DNA from: a virus
Taxonomy: Duplodnaviria > Caudoviricetes
Length of the DNA stretch: 63,153 nt
IMG/VR virus record: IMGVR_UViG_3300032132_000007
Location: 1 to 63,153 of that record
Direction: 5' to 3' (one strand)
The notes beneath the pieces were generated by a model. The model was not told where the DNA came from, did no database searches, and saw only the letters and a program-made list of their open reading frames with translations. Positions 19,900 to 27,941 of this stretch are shown piece by piece. A program made the position numbers and the translations under genes. Position 1 is the first letter of the stretch; every line of letters starts with the position of its first letter.

Positions 19900-20241
19900 C
19901 TATTCCTGACCGGCGTTGCGTACGTCGTCGGACTCCTGGCTCACACTGTTTGATGGTTCTCCGCACTCCCCCAGCTGCGACAACGTGCTCCGAATTCGAT
20001 CCGCCCTCGCCTGGTCATCAAACAGGCTAAGTATCTGGTCATCAATAAGTATCCTGTTCAGGCGTGACGGAATCACAACCTGTGTGTTGCAGGTATCACA
20101 GCACCGGGCGTCGGTGCCACCAAGATCTGGGTAGTCCGGGCATTCTGGGTTGTGCCCCTGATCCCACCCGTTTACGGGGTCTGGTGTGATCGTGGCATCG
20201 CAGAAACAGCACTGCAGTTCCTCGTTTTGTGGTGGCATCAC
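19900..20241 (-). CDS. Hypothetical Cys-rich (zinc-binding) protein
   Basis: CCFC..GHNP..RCCDTCN..VIPSRL; GGAGG RBS. Confidence 0.7.
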   Translation of the reverse strand: MMPPQNEELQCCFCDATITPDPVNGWDQGHNPECPDYPDLGGTDARCCDTCNTQVVIPSRLNRILIDDQILSLFDDQARADRIRSTLSQLGECGEPSNSVSQESDDVRNAGQE

Positions 20242-20726
20242 TTGCCTCCTTTCGACTTCATTGGTTGACCGTTGCGGTCAAGTGCGGGATGCCAATCGTT
20301 GTCTCGCCATCTCTCCATACACTCTTGCCAATGCTCCACTTTCCCGTAACAAACCTCCGATTGGGCGTTTGCGATCAGCCCCCAGGCTGCCTCCATGCCA
20401 TCCATCAGGCGTTCGATCTCTGCCCGCTGGAGTTCGTTCTCTGCACGCAGACGCTCGTTCTCTGCCCGCAGGTCTTCGTTCTCTGCATATTGGAGACGTT
20501 CGTGCGTGAGTTGGAAAAGGATGTCGATGCGAGTCTCCAGCGTGGTGACTCTTTCCCGAAGTTTGTGTAGTGTTGATTCACCATCGCTCACCTCATGTTC
20601 ATTATGTTCATTGAAGCGTCCGACGAGGGAGCCAACCATCTCCCACAGTCGATCGGTTTCGCCCCGCAGACGCTCGATTTCTCTCCGCACCAAGTTGCCC
20701 AAACACTCAAATTCCGATTTACTCAT
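20238..20726 (-). CDS. Hypothetical coiled-coil protein
   Basis: GAGGTG RBS; LRAENE heptad repeats; coupled to its neighbours. Confidence 0.7.
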   Translation of the reverse strand: MSKSEFECLGNLVRREIERLRGETDRLWEMVGSLVGRFNEHNEHEVSDGESTLHKLRERVTTLETRIDILFQLTHERLQYAENEDLRAENERLRAENELQRAEIERLMDGMEAAWGLIANAQSEVCYGKVEHWQECMERWRDNDWHPALDRNGQPMKSKGGK

Positions 20727-20991
20727 CGATCACCTCTTTCCCGAGTGAGGTAAACCTCCAGAACTTGTAGCCCAGCGCAACCGTGTCTTTGCCGACTCGC
20801 TCGCAGAGGTTATTCCACGCGGCGGGGTCGGGAATGCGGCGGGCAATCAGTTCCCACAACGGATCGTCTTTAATTTGTCGGTAGGCCAGCACAGCGGTCA
20901 CACTTTGTTCGCCATAATACTGGGCACGACGCTCTCTCCCTTCTCCCTCGATGCTTTGAGTCCCCTGTGGGGGCGTCTTATGTTTCTTCAT
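20719..20991 (-). CDS. Hypothetical protein
   Basis: Fills the gap in the minus-strand operon. Confidence 0.55.
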   Translation of the reverse strand: MKKHKTPPQGTQSIEGEGRERRAQYYGEQSVTAVLAYRQIKDDPLWELIARRIPDPAAWNNLCERVGKDTVALGYKFWRFTSLGKEVIDE

Positions 20992-20995
20992 AGAG

Positions 20996-21676
20996 TCACG
21001 CTCCTGTCATACGAGGGATAAACCACCGCAGCAGCCAGTGCTTCCGCATCTGATCCAGCGTCGCCTCGATCGACGCCAGCCTGTGGTGCAGTACCAGGTC
21101 GGAGTCACGCAGCAGGTCCATCTGGCGGTCCAGGCCCCCAACCATTTCCTTCACACCATGCAGACCGATTGCCTCAGCCACACCGCATGTGAGTTGTTCG
21201 GTCAGCGTGTCGGTACTCACCACTTCCGCAAGTGCGCTATAGTCAATTTCCTCAGCAATACTGTCGTAGCAAAGATGGTCCCTTACACTGGTGTCGATTG
21301 CGTACGTGTCGATGTGTGCTGCGACCTCTTCCGCGTCCAGATACGAGGCGACAGCCGATGCGTCAACGTACTCGGCGACATCCGATGCCCCCATGTTTTC
21401 AGCGATGCTTTCGGAGAGGTCATTCAGATCAATGTGTTCAGCGATATTATCGGGATCAATCTCGGCAGCAATATCGCTCGCATCGATGTTCGCAGCCGCT
21501 CCCTCAGCGATTTGGTCGGCATCGATCTCTGACACCAACTCGCGTGCCAATGAACTGATGTCAATCGCAGCAGCCACTTTGGATGTAAAGAACTCCAGGT
21601 GGGACTGCATCTCACCATTCATTGGAGTGGTCTGTTCTTCGGTCGTGGTTTCTTCGGTCATGGTTTCTTCGGTCAT
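20996..21676 (-). CDS. Acidic repeat protein (about 9-aa IDxxxIAxx repeats)
   Basis: More than 10 tandem repeats such as IDADQIAEG, IDASDIAAE and IDPDNIAEH; AGGAG RBS. Confidence 0.75.
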   Translation of the reverse strand: MTEETMTEETTTEEQTTPMNGEMQSHLEFFTSKVAAAIDISSLARELVSEIDADQIAEGAAANIDASDIAAEIDPDNIAEHIDLNDLSESIAENMGASDVAEYVDASAVASYLDAEEVAAHIDTYAIDTSVRDHLCYDSIAEEIDYSALAEVVSTDTLTEQLTCGVAEAIGLHGVKEMVGGLDRQMDLLRDSDLVLHHRLASIEATLDQMRKHWLLRWFIPRMTGA

Positions 21677-22023
21677 CAGTGTGACTCCTGTCTTGGTGCG
21701 GTGATGGATGTCTGCAGGTCGAGGACGTTCGCTTCCAGTGCGGTGACCCGTTCATCCAGTGAGGTGACCAGGGCGAACAAATTACTGACCGGTGTTCCGC
21801 CAGTTGTGTAGGGTGCAGAATCCACCCCTGCGGCATCGAGCAATCCCTTTACCGCACTCGCTTTGAAATACTTCTTGTCTATTCCACAACTTGCGGCGAG
21901 CATTTCTCCGACTGCGGCGTAGCCTTTACCGGTCGGCAGGGCATCCGATTCGTGGAGCTTTTCCAGTGTTTTTGTGGCACTGTATCGATCCGCAGCATTC
22001 AGCCTGTAGATTTTGGTCGTCAT
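21676..22023 (-). CDS. Hypothetical protein
   Basis: CAGGAG RBS before ATG 22023. Confidence 0.6.
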   Translation of the reverse strand: MTTKIYRLNAADRYSATKTLEKLHESDALPTGKGYAAVGEMLAASCGIDKKYFKASAVKGLLDAAGVDSAPYTTGGTPVSNLFALVTSLDERVTALEANVLDLQTSITAPRQESH

Positions 22024-22057
22024 CCAGCAATCTCCTGAAAGGGTAAGCAAACAAAGA

Positions 22058-22345
22058 TCAGTCATCAGTATCAGGACGAAGCGGTGTCCACCCGTCTGAC
22101 GGAGCGCCGTCTATCTTGTCGGGACCACCGTCGTGAGTGAGCGGTGGGTTACCGTCAGTGATTCCAGGAACCTGTGATCGGATCAGATCAACCCTACCTT
22201 TCCGGGCAGCGGCGATCAGTTTACAGGCGTACTCATAAGCGTCCTGATGTGATCCGAACTGTGCGACAGGTCCGTCCGGACAGTCCACGCCGAAGCATTC
22301 GTCCGACTCGTCATGTTCAATCATCAAACACACTCGGTAGGTCAT
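22058..22345 (-). CDS. Hypothetical protein
   Basis: Operon-coupled ORF with GAGGA upstream. Confidence 0.55.
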   Translation of the reverse strand: MTYRVCLMIEHDESDECFGVDCPDGPVAQFGSHQDAYEYACKLIAAARKGRVDLIRSQVPGITDGNPPLTHDGGPDKIDGAPSDGWTPLRPDTDD

Positions 22346-22347
22346 CC

Positions 22348-22878
22348 TTAATCCTCCTCGGGTTCGTCGGATACTTCCACACGTTGCAGACCCCGCTGAA
22401 ATCGACCACGCCGGTCATCCACGGGGTCAGCAACCGCACCAACATTCGCCAGTGCCAGCCACAGTTCTGGATAGTTTTCATCCAGAGATATCGTCTGTAA
22501 TGCGTGCCGATATCGCTCATCGTTGTCACCCTCCCGGTCCTGGCATACGTTGAACCGAGAGCATCCGAACGGTGCGACAGGATGCACAGAGCAGCGCCCG
22601 TCTTCCGTCAGGAAAACACACTGTCCGTTGGTCTCGTTCTGAGCCGGTACAATCGTGGGGATATACACCGACTCCCCGTGAACACGGACTGTCGATCCTT
22701 CACTTGCCGCGAAGTGTTCCGTAATCCATTCGAGGGTAGGCGGTCTGCCGAGGTACTTAGCAATCTTCTGCACGTCGCCCGGCACACACATCCCTGGCAT
22801 GTAGCGACAGGTGAGTGAGCATTTCCTGCAGTCGCAGTACGACCGTTCGTACTGGTCAAGGTCAGGTGCGTCGCTCAT
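22348..22878 (-). CDS. YkgJ/CxxCxxCC-family cysteine cluster (Zn or Fe-S chelating) protein
   Basis: CDCRKCSLTC...CVFLTEDGRCSVHPVAPFGCSRF. Confidence 0.8.
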   Translation of the reverse strand: MSDAPDLDQYERSYCDCRKCSLTCRYMPGMCVPGDVQKIAKYLGRPPTLEWITEHFAASEGSTVRVHGESVYIPTIVPAQNETNGQCVFLTEDGRCSVHPVAPFGCSRFNVCQDREGDNDERYRHALQTISLDENYPELWLALANVGAVADPVDDRRGRFQRGLQRVEVSDEPEED

Positions 22879-22975
22879 TGGTCATCCCTTTCCGAAAATA
22901 TCCAGTGCAGCGTGTAAAACATGGTGATCGACGCACAGACTGCGCCGCCCGCTGCCAGTATATCAACCAGTATTT

Positions 22976-23209
22976 TCATTGTGTGTGCTGCGCCTCCACC
23001 ATGAGCCGCAGGTCTACCGGCATAGCGTCGTACACCTGTTTCTGCTGGCTCAAAGGACGGTCCATGAGTTCATCCATTGCGATGTTCCCGAAGAACGGAG
23101 AACTCGTATCGAAGTGAAGCCGGACCATAGCCAGATATAGCGTCACCTCGCTTTCAGATAGCGTCACCTGGCTTTCGGGGAGAGGCCCAGCAGTTGTGTC
23201 AGAATCCAT
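22976..23209 (-). CDS. Hypothetical protein
   Basis: AGGAG RBS; coupled to the upstream stop. Confidence 0.55.
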   Translation of the reverse strand: MDSDTTAGPLPESQVTLSESEVTLYLAMVRLHFDTSSPFFGNIAMDELMDRPLSQQKQVYDAMPVDLRLMVEAQHTQ

Positions 23210-23472
23210 TAGAACTGCTCCTGTGTTTCAGGGAGGAAATCGAAGTACAGACGGGGTTCATGTTGAAACGTGACCGTGCCTGACATGCCATCTGATTTCT
23301 GTGTGACAAAAGCGAACGGTGCCATGAACCCTTGAACTGTGAAATCCCGTAACAGTTCGGTCGTATCCCAGACCTCAGAACCACCCGACTCCAGTTCCTC
23401 ACGGGTTCGGGGAGTGCTGTTGATCCGTTGCTGCTCACTACGACGATGTTCTTCAGTTGTATCTGCCGACAT
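23209..23472 (-). CDS. Hypothetical protein
   Basis: CAGGAG RBS before ATG 23472; protein-like VWDTTEL..DFTVQGFMAPF..FQHEPRLYF. Confidence 0.65.
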   Translation of the reverse strand: MSADTTEEHRRSEQQRINSTPRTREELESGGSEVWDTTELLRDFTVQGFMAPFAFVTQKSDGMSGTVTFQHEPRLYFDFLPETQEQF

Positions 23473-23491
23473 ACCTGTCTCCTGTGGGGTA

Positions 23492-23518
23492 ATAGAAAAA
23501 CCACCCGAATATGGGTGG
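23492..23518 (-). terminator. Intrinsic terminator-like hairpin
   Basis: Minus strand CCACCC-ATATTC-GGGTGG-TTTTTCTATT. Confidence 0.6.
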
Positions 23519-23534
23519 CGGGGAACTCCGACAG

Positions 23535-23852
23535 TCAGTCGATTGGTGCTCTCCAGAGTAGGTCGGAGAGATAGGACCGCAGTTTCTTCTGACCTTCCGG
23601 CTTTACCCGGTCGATTGCGGTCAGCACTTGCCTCAGTGCTTCGGTCAGTCTCACTGCGACCTGCTCCGCACCTTCCATACCGCCAAAGATGTCCCAATCA
23701 TCCGGTGTGCTGGGGAGTTCATACTCCCGGCGCAGGTAATGGCAGCGAACGCAGTTTTGAAACACCATATCCGGTTCCGTATCAATCGACCCGTACATGG
23801 ATGTCTCCCCAGCCACAGTCCTGAACGCTTTCACGGATTCATGTACTGTCAT
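23535..23852 (-). CDS. Hypothetical protein
   Basis: CAGGAG RBS; flanked by two related hairpins. Confidence 0.6.
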   Translation of the reverse strand: MTVHESVKAFRTVAGETSMYGSIDTEPDMVFQNCVRCHYLRREYELPSTPDDWDIFGGMEGAEQVAVRLTEALRQVLTAIDRVKPEGQKKLRSYLSDLLWRAPID

Positions 23853-23873
23853 CGCCGTCTCTCCTGAAAGGGG

Positions 23874-23904
23874 AACAAGAAAGCCACCCATATCCGGGTG
23901 GCTT
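23874..23904 (-). terminator. Intrinsic terminator-like hairpin
   Basis: Minus strand AAGCCACCC-GGATAT-GGGTGGCTT-TCTTGTT. Confidence 0.6.
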
Positions 23905-23923
23905 GTGGACTCCGGCTGTGGTC

Positions 23924-24844
23924 TCAGTCAAACAGTGCCAGAAGTTCGTCCATCGTTCTTCGTTTCTTAGCCTGCGGCCCCTCATCCACGACTTCCTCTT
24001 CCGGGGTCGGTTCCGGATCACCATCGTCCACACCGAGTGCTTTCTGCAGACCGTGACGCACCTGACTCAGTGCATCCTCGACATCCGTGGTGTAGTCCTG
24101 CAGGAGATCCCTGTACGCATCCAGCTTGGCCTGGGCAGCAGCAATGTTGGCAAAGGTTTTGTCCCGCTGCTTGTCACTGTCCTCATCGGTGATCGTGTCC
24201 AGCAGGGTGACGGATTCCTCAGCCTCATCCACCATTTTGTAGATGGCATCCCGGATACTGGTGGCGACCGACTCGCCACTTTTGCCGTCGCCGCTGATCT
24301 CGAACCGCTGGATGCTGCCACCGACCTCCCGGAGAAAGTCATCCACCCGATCGGTCACATCACTGGCAGACTCCGGAACAAAGTACACGCCTCCCTGCTG
24401 TCGGATCGGAATCAGGTCACTCTTCTGCCGGAACATCTTCTGCACAATGCGGGTCACATCATTCGCATTACGCTTCTGCATCTCCGTGTTGATCAGATGC
24501 TGTGCCCGCTGCTCGATGCCGTAATCTGTGCAGGTGACGATGCCGGATTTCTTATCCAATTCCAAGTCGCATTCCTTCGTGTACTTGAACTCGTTGATGT
24601 CCAGGTATTCGGAAGTGAATTGAAATTTGATCACATCCTCATCGGAGTATGTTTCCCGGATCACCCGGTTCTCCGTGAGCTGATGAACAGCACGACGCCA
24701 GGCATTGGATGGACGCATGTCCAGAGCCAGTGAGGACGGGAGGTTGCACCGTGCCATAGCTGCCTGCAGTGTGCTGAAGTGGACGCTTTTCGGGGCGACC
24801 CAACTGACGATCTCCCCAATCTGGCTTGTGAGTTTGAAGTTCAT
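23924..24844 (-). CDS. DUF6744/DUF3150-like protein of MoxR-vWA loci
   Basis: GEIVSW..LQAAM..AWRRAVHQL..IKFQFT..DLIPIRQQGGVYFVP, recalled from planctomycete proteins next to AAA/vWA genes; family name unverified. Confidence 0.6.
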   Translation of the reverse strand: MNFKLTSQIGEIVSWVAPKSVHFSTLQAAMARCNLPSSLALDMRPSNAWRRAVHQLTENRVIRETYSDEDVIKFQFTSEYLDINEFKYTKECDLELDKKSGIVTCTDYGIEQRAQHLINTEMQKRNANDVTRIVQKMFRQKSDLIPIRQQGGVYFVPESASDVTDRVDDFLREVGGSIQRFEISGDGKSGESVATSIRDAIYKMVDEAEESVTLLDTITDEDSDKQRDKTFANIAAAQAKLDAYRDLLQDYTTDVEDALSQVRHGLQKALGVDDGDPEPTPEEEVVDEGPQAKKRRTMDELLALFD

Positions 24845-24961
24845 ACTGCGTGTCTCCCATTGAAGTAAAAGTAAAACCGATGATCGGCGGTGTTGGATTG
24901 CATTACCTCGGCGTACTGTCCACTCCGGAGTGGAGACTACCTCGACCAACTCCCGCCAATC

Positions 24962-25014
24962 ATCGAACCACTCGACCGCTCACCCAACCACCCATCGGCC
25001 CCTTCTTTGTACAG
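24962..25014 (-). promoter_or_regulatory. Repeated box+hairpin element, copy R6
   Basis: Minus strand TGTACAAAGAAGGGGCCGATGGGTGGTTGG...GTCGAG-TGG-TTCGAT. Confidence 0.75.
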
Positions 25015-25015
25015 A

Positions 25016-26356
25016 TCAGATACTCAACACATCCCGAACAACCTCAGCATCAGTACCGAGTACAGGAATGCTGGCGACTACATCGCTGATCGGTCGGAAG
25101 GAATCTCCACTGGTTCCGATGGCGATCGTCCACACCCTGGCCTGATTCGCAGCAGCGAACTGCTTGAAGGAAGCGACCTCTTCATCGAGAATGCGCGTCT
25201 CACCATCGGTGATCCAGATCACATCTGTCTTACCCTTTGGTGCGTTGGTTTCGTCGAAGAGACTTTGCATCTGTGACACAGGTGGGGTTGTCCCACCACA
25301 GTAGAACTCACTGCACCAGTCCATCAGTTTCGTCTGGTCGAACCGGTCAGGGGGAAGGGCGAGCGACCGGACCTGGCTGATAGACGACCAGCCCACCAGA
25401 GAAATCCACCGCTTCTGATGTCGTGCCAGCCACGCCAGGGCCAGCGCCAACCCTTTGGCATGGGCGATCGGGTCACCACCCATGCTGCCAGACTCATCGA
25501 TCAGCACCATGATCGGGCCTCGCCCTTCCCCCTCCATCGCTTTGTACTCACGGCACAGCGTCTCCTTCTCCATCAGCCGACGCAGTGTGTCCATCTCAGT
25601 TTCGGGAACACACAACGACGCCGCTTCTGAAGAAACGAGACGGGACAGGTCGTCATCCAGTGTGACTCCCACGTTGTCGTCCATGCCGTGTACTGGTTTC
25701 GACCGCTGAAGACTGGACGCCAGGCGGCGATACCGACCAGCCACTTCTGAGATATGCCTCAGCTGTGGGTCACCCTTCAAGCGACGGAAAGCCGCCATCA
25801 CATCTCTTCCGGACATGCCAGCATCGCCACCGGCACCGGTACCAAAGGCAGCCGCCGCATCCCGAGCATCCTTCACGTCATTCAACGCGTCTGCCACGGC
25901 TTTGCCCGTGGTCTTGATCCGTTCGATGATTTGATGGATGTTCTCAGTGTCCAGATCTTCTTCTGGTTCGGGATGTTCTGCTGCGAATTTTTTCCAATGT
26001 TTTAGTAACTGACCACATCCGATCTCAGCCATTTCCTCACTGCAGGCGGTCTGGGCGTGCAGGGATTTGAACTCCGGTGTATCCATGAGTTGCGTGAACC
26101 ACTGCTGACGCAGTGTGTCGGCGGTCTCATCAGCGGGCAGCAACTGTGGACGTGGTTCAAAGCACGCCGCAAACCCATCTGCCCATTCAGCATGAGTGTG
26201 GTGTTCCTCATCTTCGTCGATGCGTTCTGCGTGTCGCCGATTGAACAGGTCAACATGCAGCACCGTGTCCGACAGTTCCTTCTCTTCCACCTGTGTGCTG
26301 CCATCCACCGGAGTAACGTGGTCCGGTGTGGCATCCATCAGTTCATCGAATTCCAT
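25016..26356 (-). CDS. vWA-domain protein (ViaA/CoxE-like partner of MoxR)
   Basis: GRGPIMVLIDESGSM (MIDAS DxSxS), GGT and WITDG. Confidence 0.9.
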   Translation of the reverse strand: MEFDELMDATPDHVTPVDGSTQVEEKELSDTVLHVDLFNRRHAERIDEDEEHHTHAEWADGFAACFEPRPQLLPADETADTLRQQWFTQLMDTPEFKSLHAQTACSEEMAEIGCGQLLKHWKKFAAEHPEPEEDLDTENIHQIIERIKTTGKAVADALNDVKDARDAAAAFGTGAGGDAGMSGRDVMAAFRRLKGDPQLRHISEVAGRYRRLASSLQRSKPVHGMDDNVGVTLDDDLSRLVSSEAASLCVPETEMDTLRRLMEKETLCREYKAMEGEGRGPIMVLIDESGSMGGDPIAHAKGLALALAWLARHQKRWISLVGWSSISQVRSLALPPDRFDQTKLMDWCSEFYCGGTTPPVSQMQSLFDETNAPKGKTDVIWITDGETRILDEEVASFKQFAAANQARVWTIAIGTSGDSFRPISDVVASIPVLGTDAEVVRDVLSI

Positions 26357-26377
26357 GTGTTGCTCCCGTGTCCAATG

Positions 26378-26438
26378 AAAAAGGCGACCGAACCAATCGA
26401 TCGCCTACCAACCACCCATCGCCCCCTGCTTTTTACAG
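26378..26438 (-). promoter_or_regulatory. Repeated box+hairpin element, copy R5 (hairpin followed by a U-tract)
   Basis: Minus strand TGTAAAAAGCAGGGGGCGATGGGTGGTTGGT-AGGCGATCGA-TTGGT-TCGGTCGCCT-TTTT. Confidence 0.8.
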
Positions 26439-26440
26439 TC

Positions 26441-26650
26441 TCATGAGTCACACTCCTTTAATGTGGCAACGGTGATGTCGTAACGTCGCTGATGATCGCT
26501 CAGGTCAGCCTGTGCCGCTGCCAAATAAGCAGTCAACTGACTCACCAGGTATTCCGGGCAGGTGCTCTGGCGGATCAAACAATCGCCGATTGTCGCGCCG
26601 GGGTTGTGCTGGTCCCGTTGCCGGTCACGCAGTGCGGTGATGTGTTTCAT
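26441..26650 (-). CDS. Hypothetical protein
   Basis: AAGGAG RBS; ATGA overlap. Confidence 0.6.
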   Translation of the reverse strand: MKHITALRDRQRDQHNPGATIGDCLIRQSTCPEYLVSQLTAYLAAAQADLSDHQRRYDITVATLKECDS

Positions 26651-27090
26651 TGGTCACACTCCTTTGGAGAGAACGTGACTTTGCCACACTGTTCGGCCCG
26701 GTGTATCTCCATGAACGCATACTTCCACGGACCACCGTCTTCCTCCATCAGGCAGGTCGCTTCGTCCACAGAGATCCCTTTGTGATGTGCTATCAGTTCG
26801 GCGGGACTGCTGAACACCCTTTCGTGATCCGGTTCCAGCTTTCCAATGCGGGGATGCAGGTCTTCGTGACCACAGTTGGCACGATATTTCGCAGCCCCAG
26901 CACACTGTTGTCCCTCCCCGACAGTGGCATTGTTGTCCGGAGACTCCATGTGGCAGGGTAGAATCGCATTGATCATCCCCTGTCCCACAAACCGCTCGCT
27001 GTTGTCGCCCCGTGTGTCCAGGTATTCCTTGTCTGTGGACCGAGAGTACGGGCATTGCGAGCAGCATTCCTTGCGCTGTGGCGTGAACAT
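26647..27090 (-). CDS. Cys/His metal-binding protein (DUF6283-like pattern)
   Basis: CSQCPYSR..LPCH..QCAGA; GGAGG RBS. Confidence 0.65.
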   Translation of the reverse strand: MFTPQRKECCSQCPYSRSTDKEYLDTRGDNSERFVGQGMINAILPCHMESPDNNATVGEGQQCAGAAKYRANCGHEDLHPRIGKLEPDHERVFSSPAELIAHHKGISVDEATCLMEEDGGPWKYAFMEIHRAEQCGKVTFSPKECDQ

Positions 27091-27341
27091 CAGCGGTCCT
27101 CCTCGTAAGATCTGTCGCTTATGTCGTTGCCGATCAGGTGGTAGTACAGGGCGCTGATCTCCAGCTTCGTGTCACCGTCGGACGCTGTGTCGTAAGCCAA
27201 CACAAGCAGTGCGACCTGCTCGTGTTTCGACCGGTTTCTGATCCGGTCATAAATCTCGAAGATGTTCAGGTTCCACCACCAATTGGACACCTCCCCAGAG
27301 ATGTCATCATCCTGTTCGTTTTCACACTGTGGGCAGCTCAT
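27090..27341 (-). CDS. Hypothetical protein
   Basis: GAGGAGG RBS. Confidence 0.6.
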   Translation of the reverse strand: MSCPQCENEQDDDISGEVSNWWWNLNIFEIYDRIRNRSKHEQVALLVLAYDTASDGDTKLEISALYYHLIGNDISDRSYEEDR

Positions 27342-27350
27342 TTGTCCTCC

Positions 27351-27569
27351 TCAGTTCATTTCTGCAGCGGCACGCCGCTTTGTTTTGACATGCTCTCTGT
27401 ACAACGCCAACGACAACGCCGCCATCGAGCAGAGCGCCATCATCTCTGCCGTAGATAACTCCAGCATCCCTTCATCCGGCTGGGCTGTTATGGTTTTTCC
27501 TACCTTCTCTAATGCTTCTTCCGCTACGTCTGCCATCCCATCGGGGATGAAGTCCAAATAGTCATCCAT
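27351..27569 (-). CDS. Hypothetical protein
   Basis: GGAGG RBS before ATG 27569. Confidence 0.6.
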   Translation of the reverse strand: MDDYLDFIPDGMADVAEEALEKVGKTITAQPDEGMLELSTAEMMALCSMAALSLALYREHVKTKRRAAAEMN

Positions 27570-27864
27570 CTTGATGCCTCCGGAGTTTGAACATTCCGAA
27601 CCGGCGATCGTCATAGCAGTACGCTACGACCAGATCGCCACCAAAACCGGTGCGAGATTCACCGACCACCACTGCCATCTTGTTTGTATAAACACGGTCG
27701 ATGCCGACCGATAACAGGAGAGCTTCAATCACCATGCTCCCGGCACACTCCACGACCACCAGATCCCCGGTCTCGTATTCCACATCATGCAGCGTCACCG
27801 TATCCGGTAACCCATAGTGCATGTCGCACACCACCTCGCCGATCTCGGGATGTCTTTGGTTCAT
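27562..27864 (-). CDS. Hypothetical protein
   Basis: GAGGA RBS before ATG 27864. Confidence 0.6.
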   Translation of the reverse strand: MNQRHPEIGEVVCDMHYGLPDTVTLHDVEYETGDLVVVECAGSMVIEALLLSVGIDRVYTNKMAVVVGESRTGFGGDLVVAYCYDDRRFGMFKLRRHQDG

Positions 27865-27882
27865 TGAATATCCTCGTGGTTG

Positions 27883-27930
27883 AAAGAAAAGGGGTCGCCC
27901 AGGGAGGCACCACCGAACCCAGGCGACCCC
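27883..27930 (-). terminator. Intrinsic terminator after the AAA ATPase gene
   Basis: Minus strand GGGGTCGCCTGGG...CCCTGGGCGACCCC-TTTTCTTT. Confidence 0.75.
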
Positions 27931-27941
27931 GGCGGCCATAC

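Noticed and set aside
20229-20570. Plus-strand ORF containing LETFVRELEKD as a real gene
   Set aside because: No RBS and it fully overlaps a well-supported minus-strand gene; kept only as part of the micro-inversion finding.
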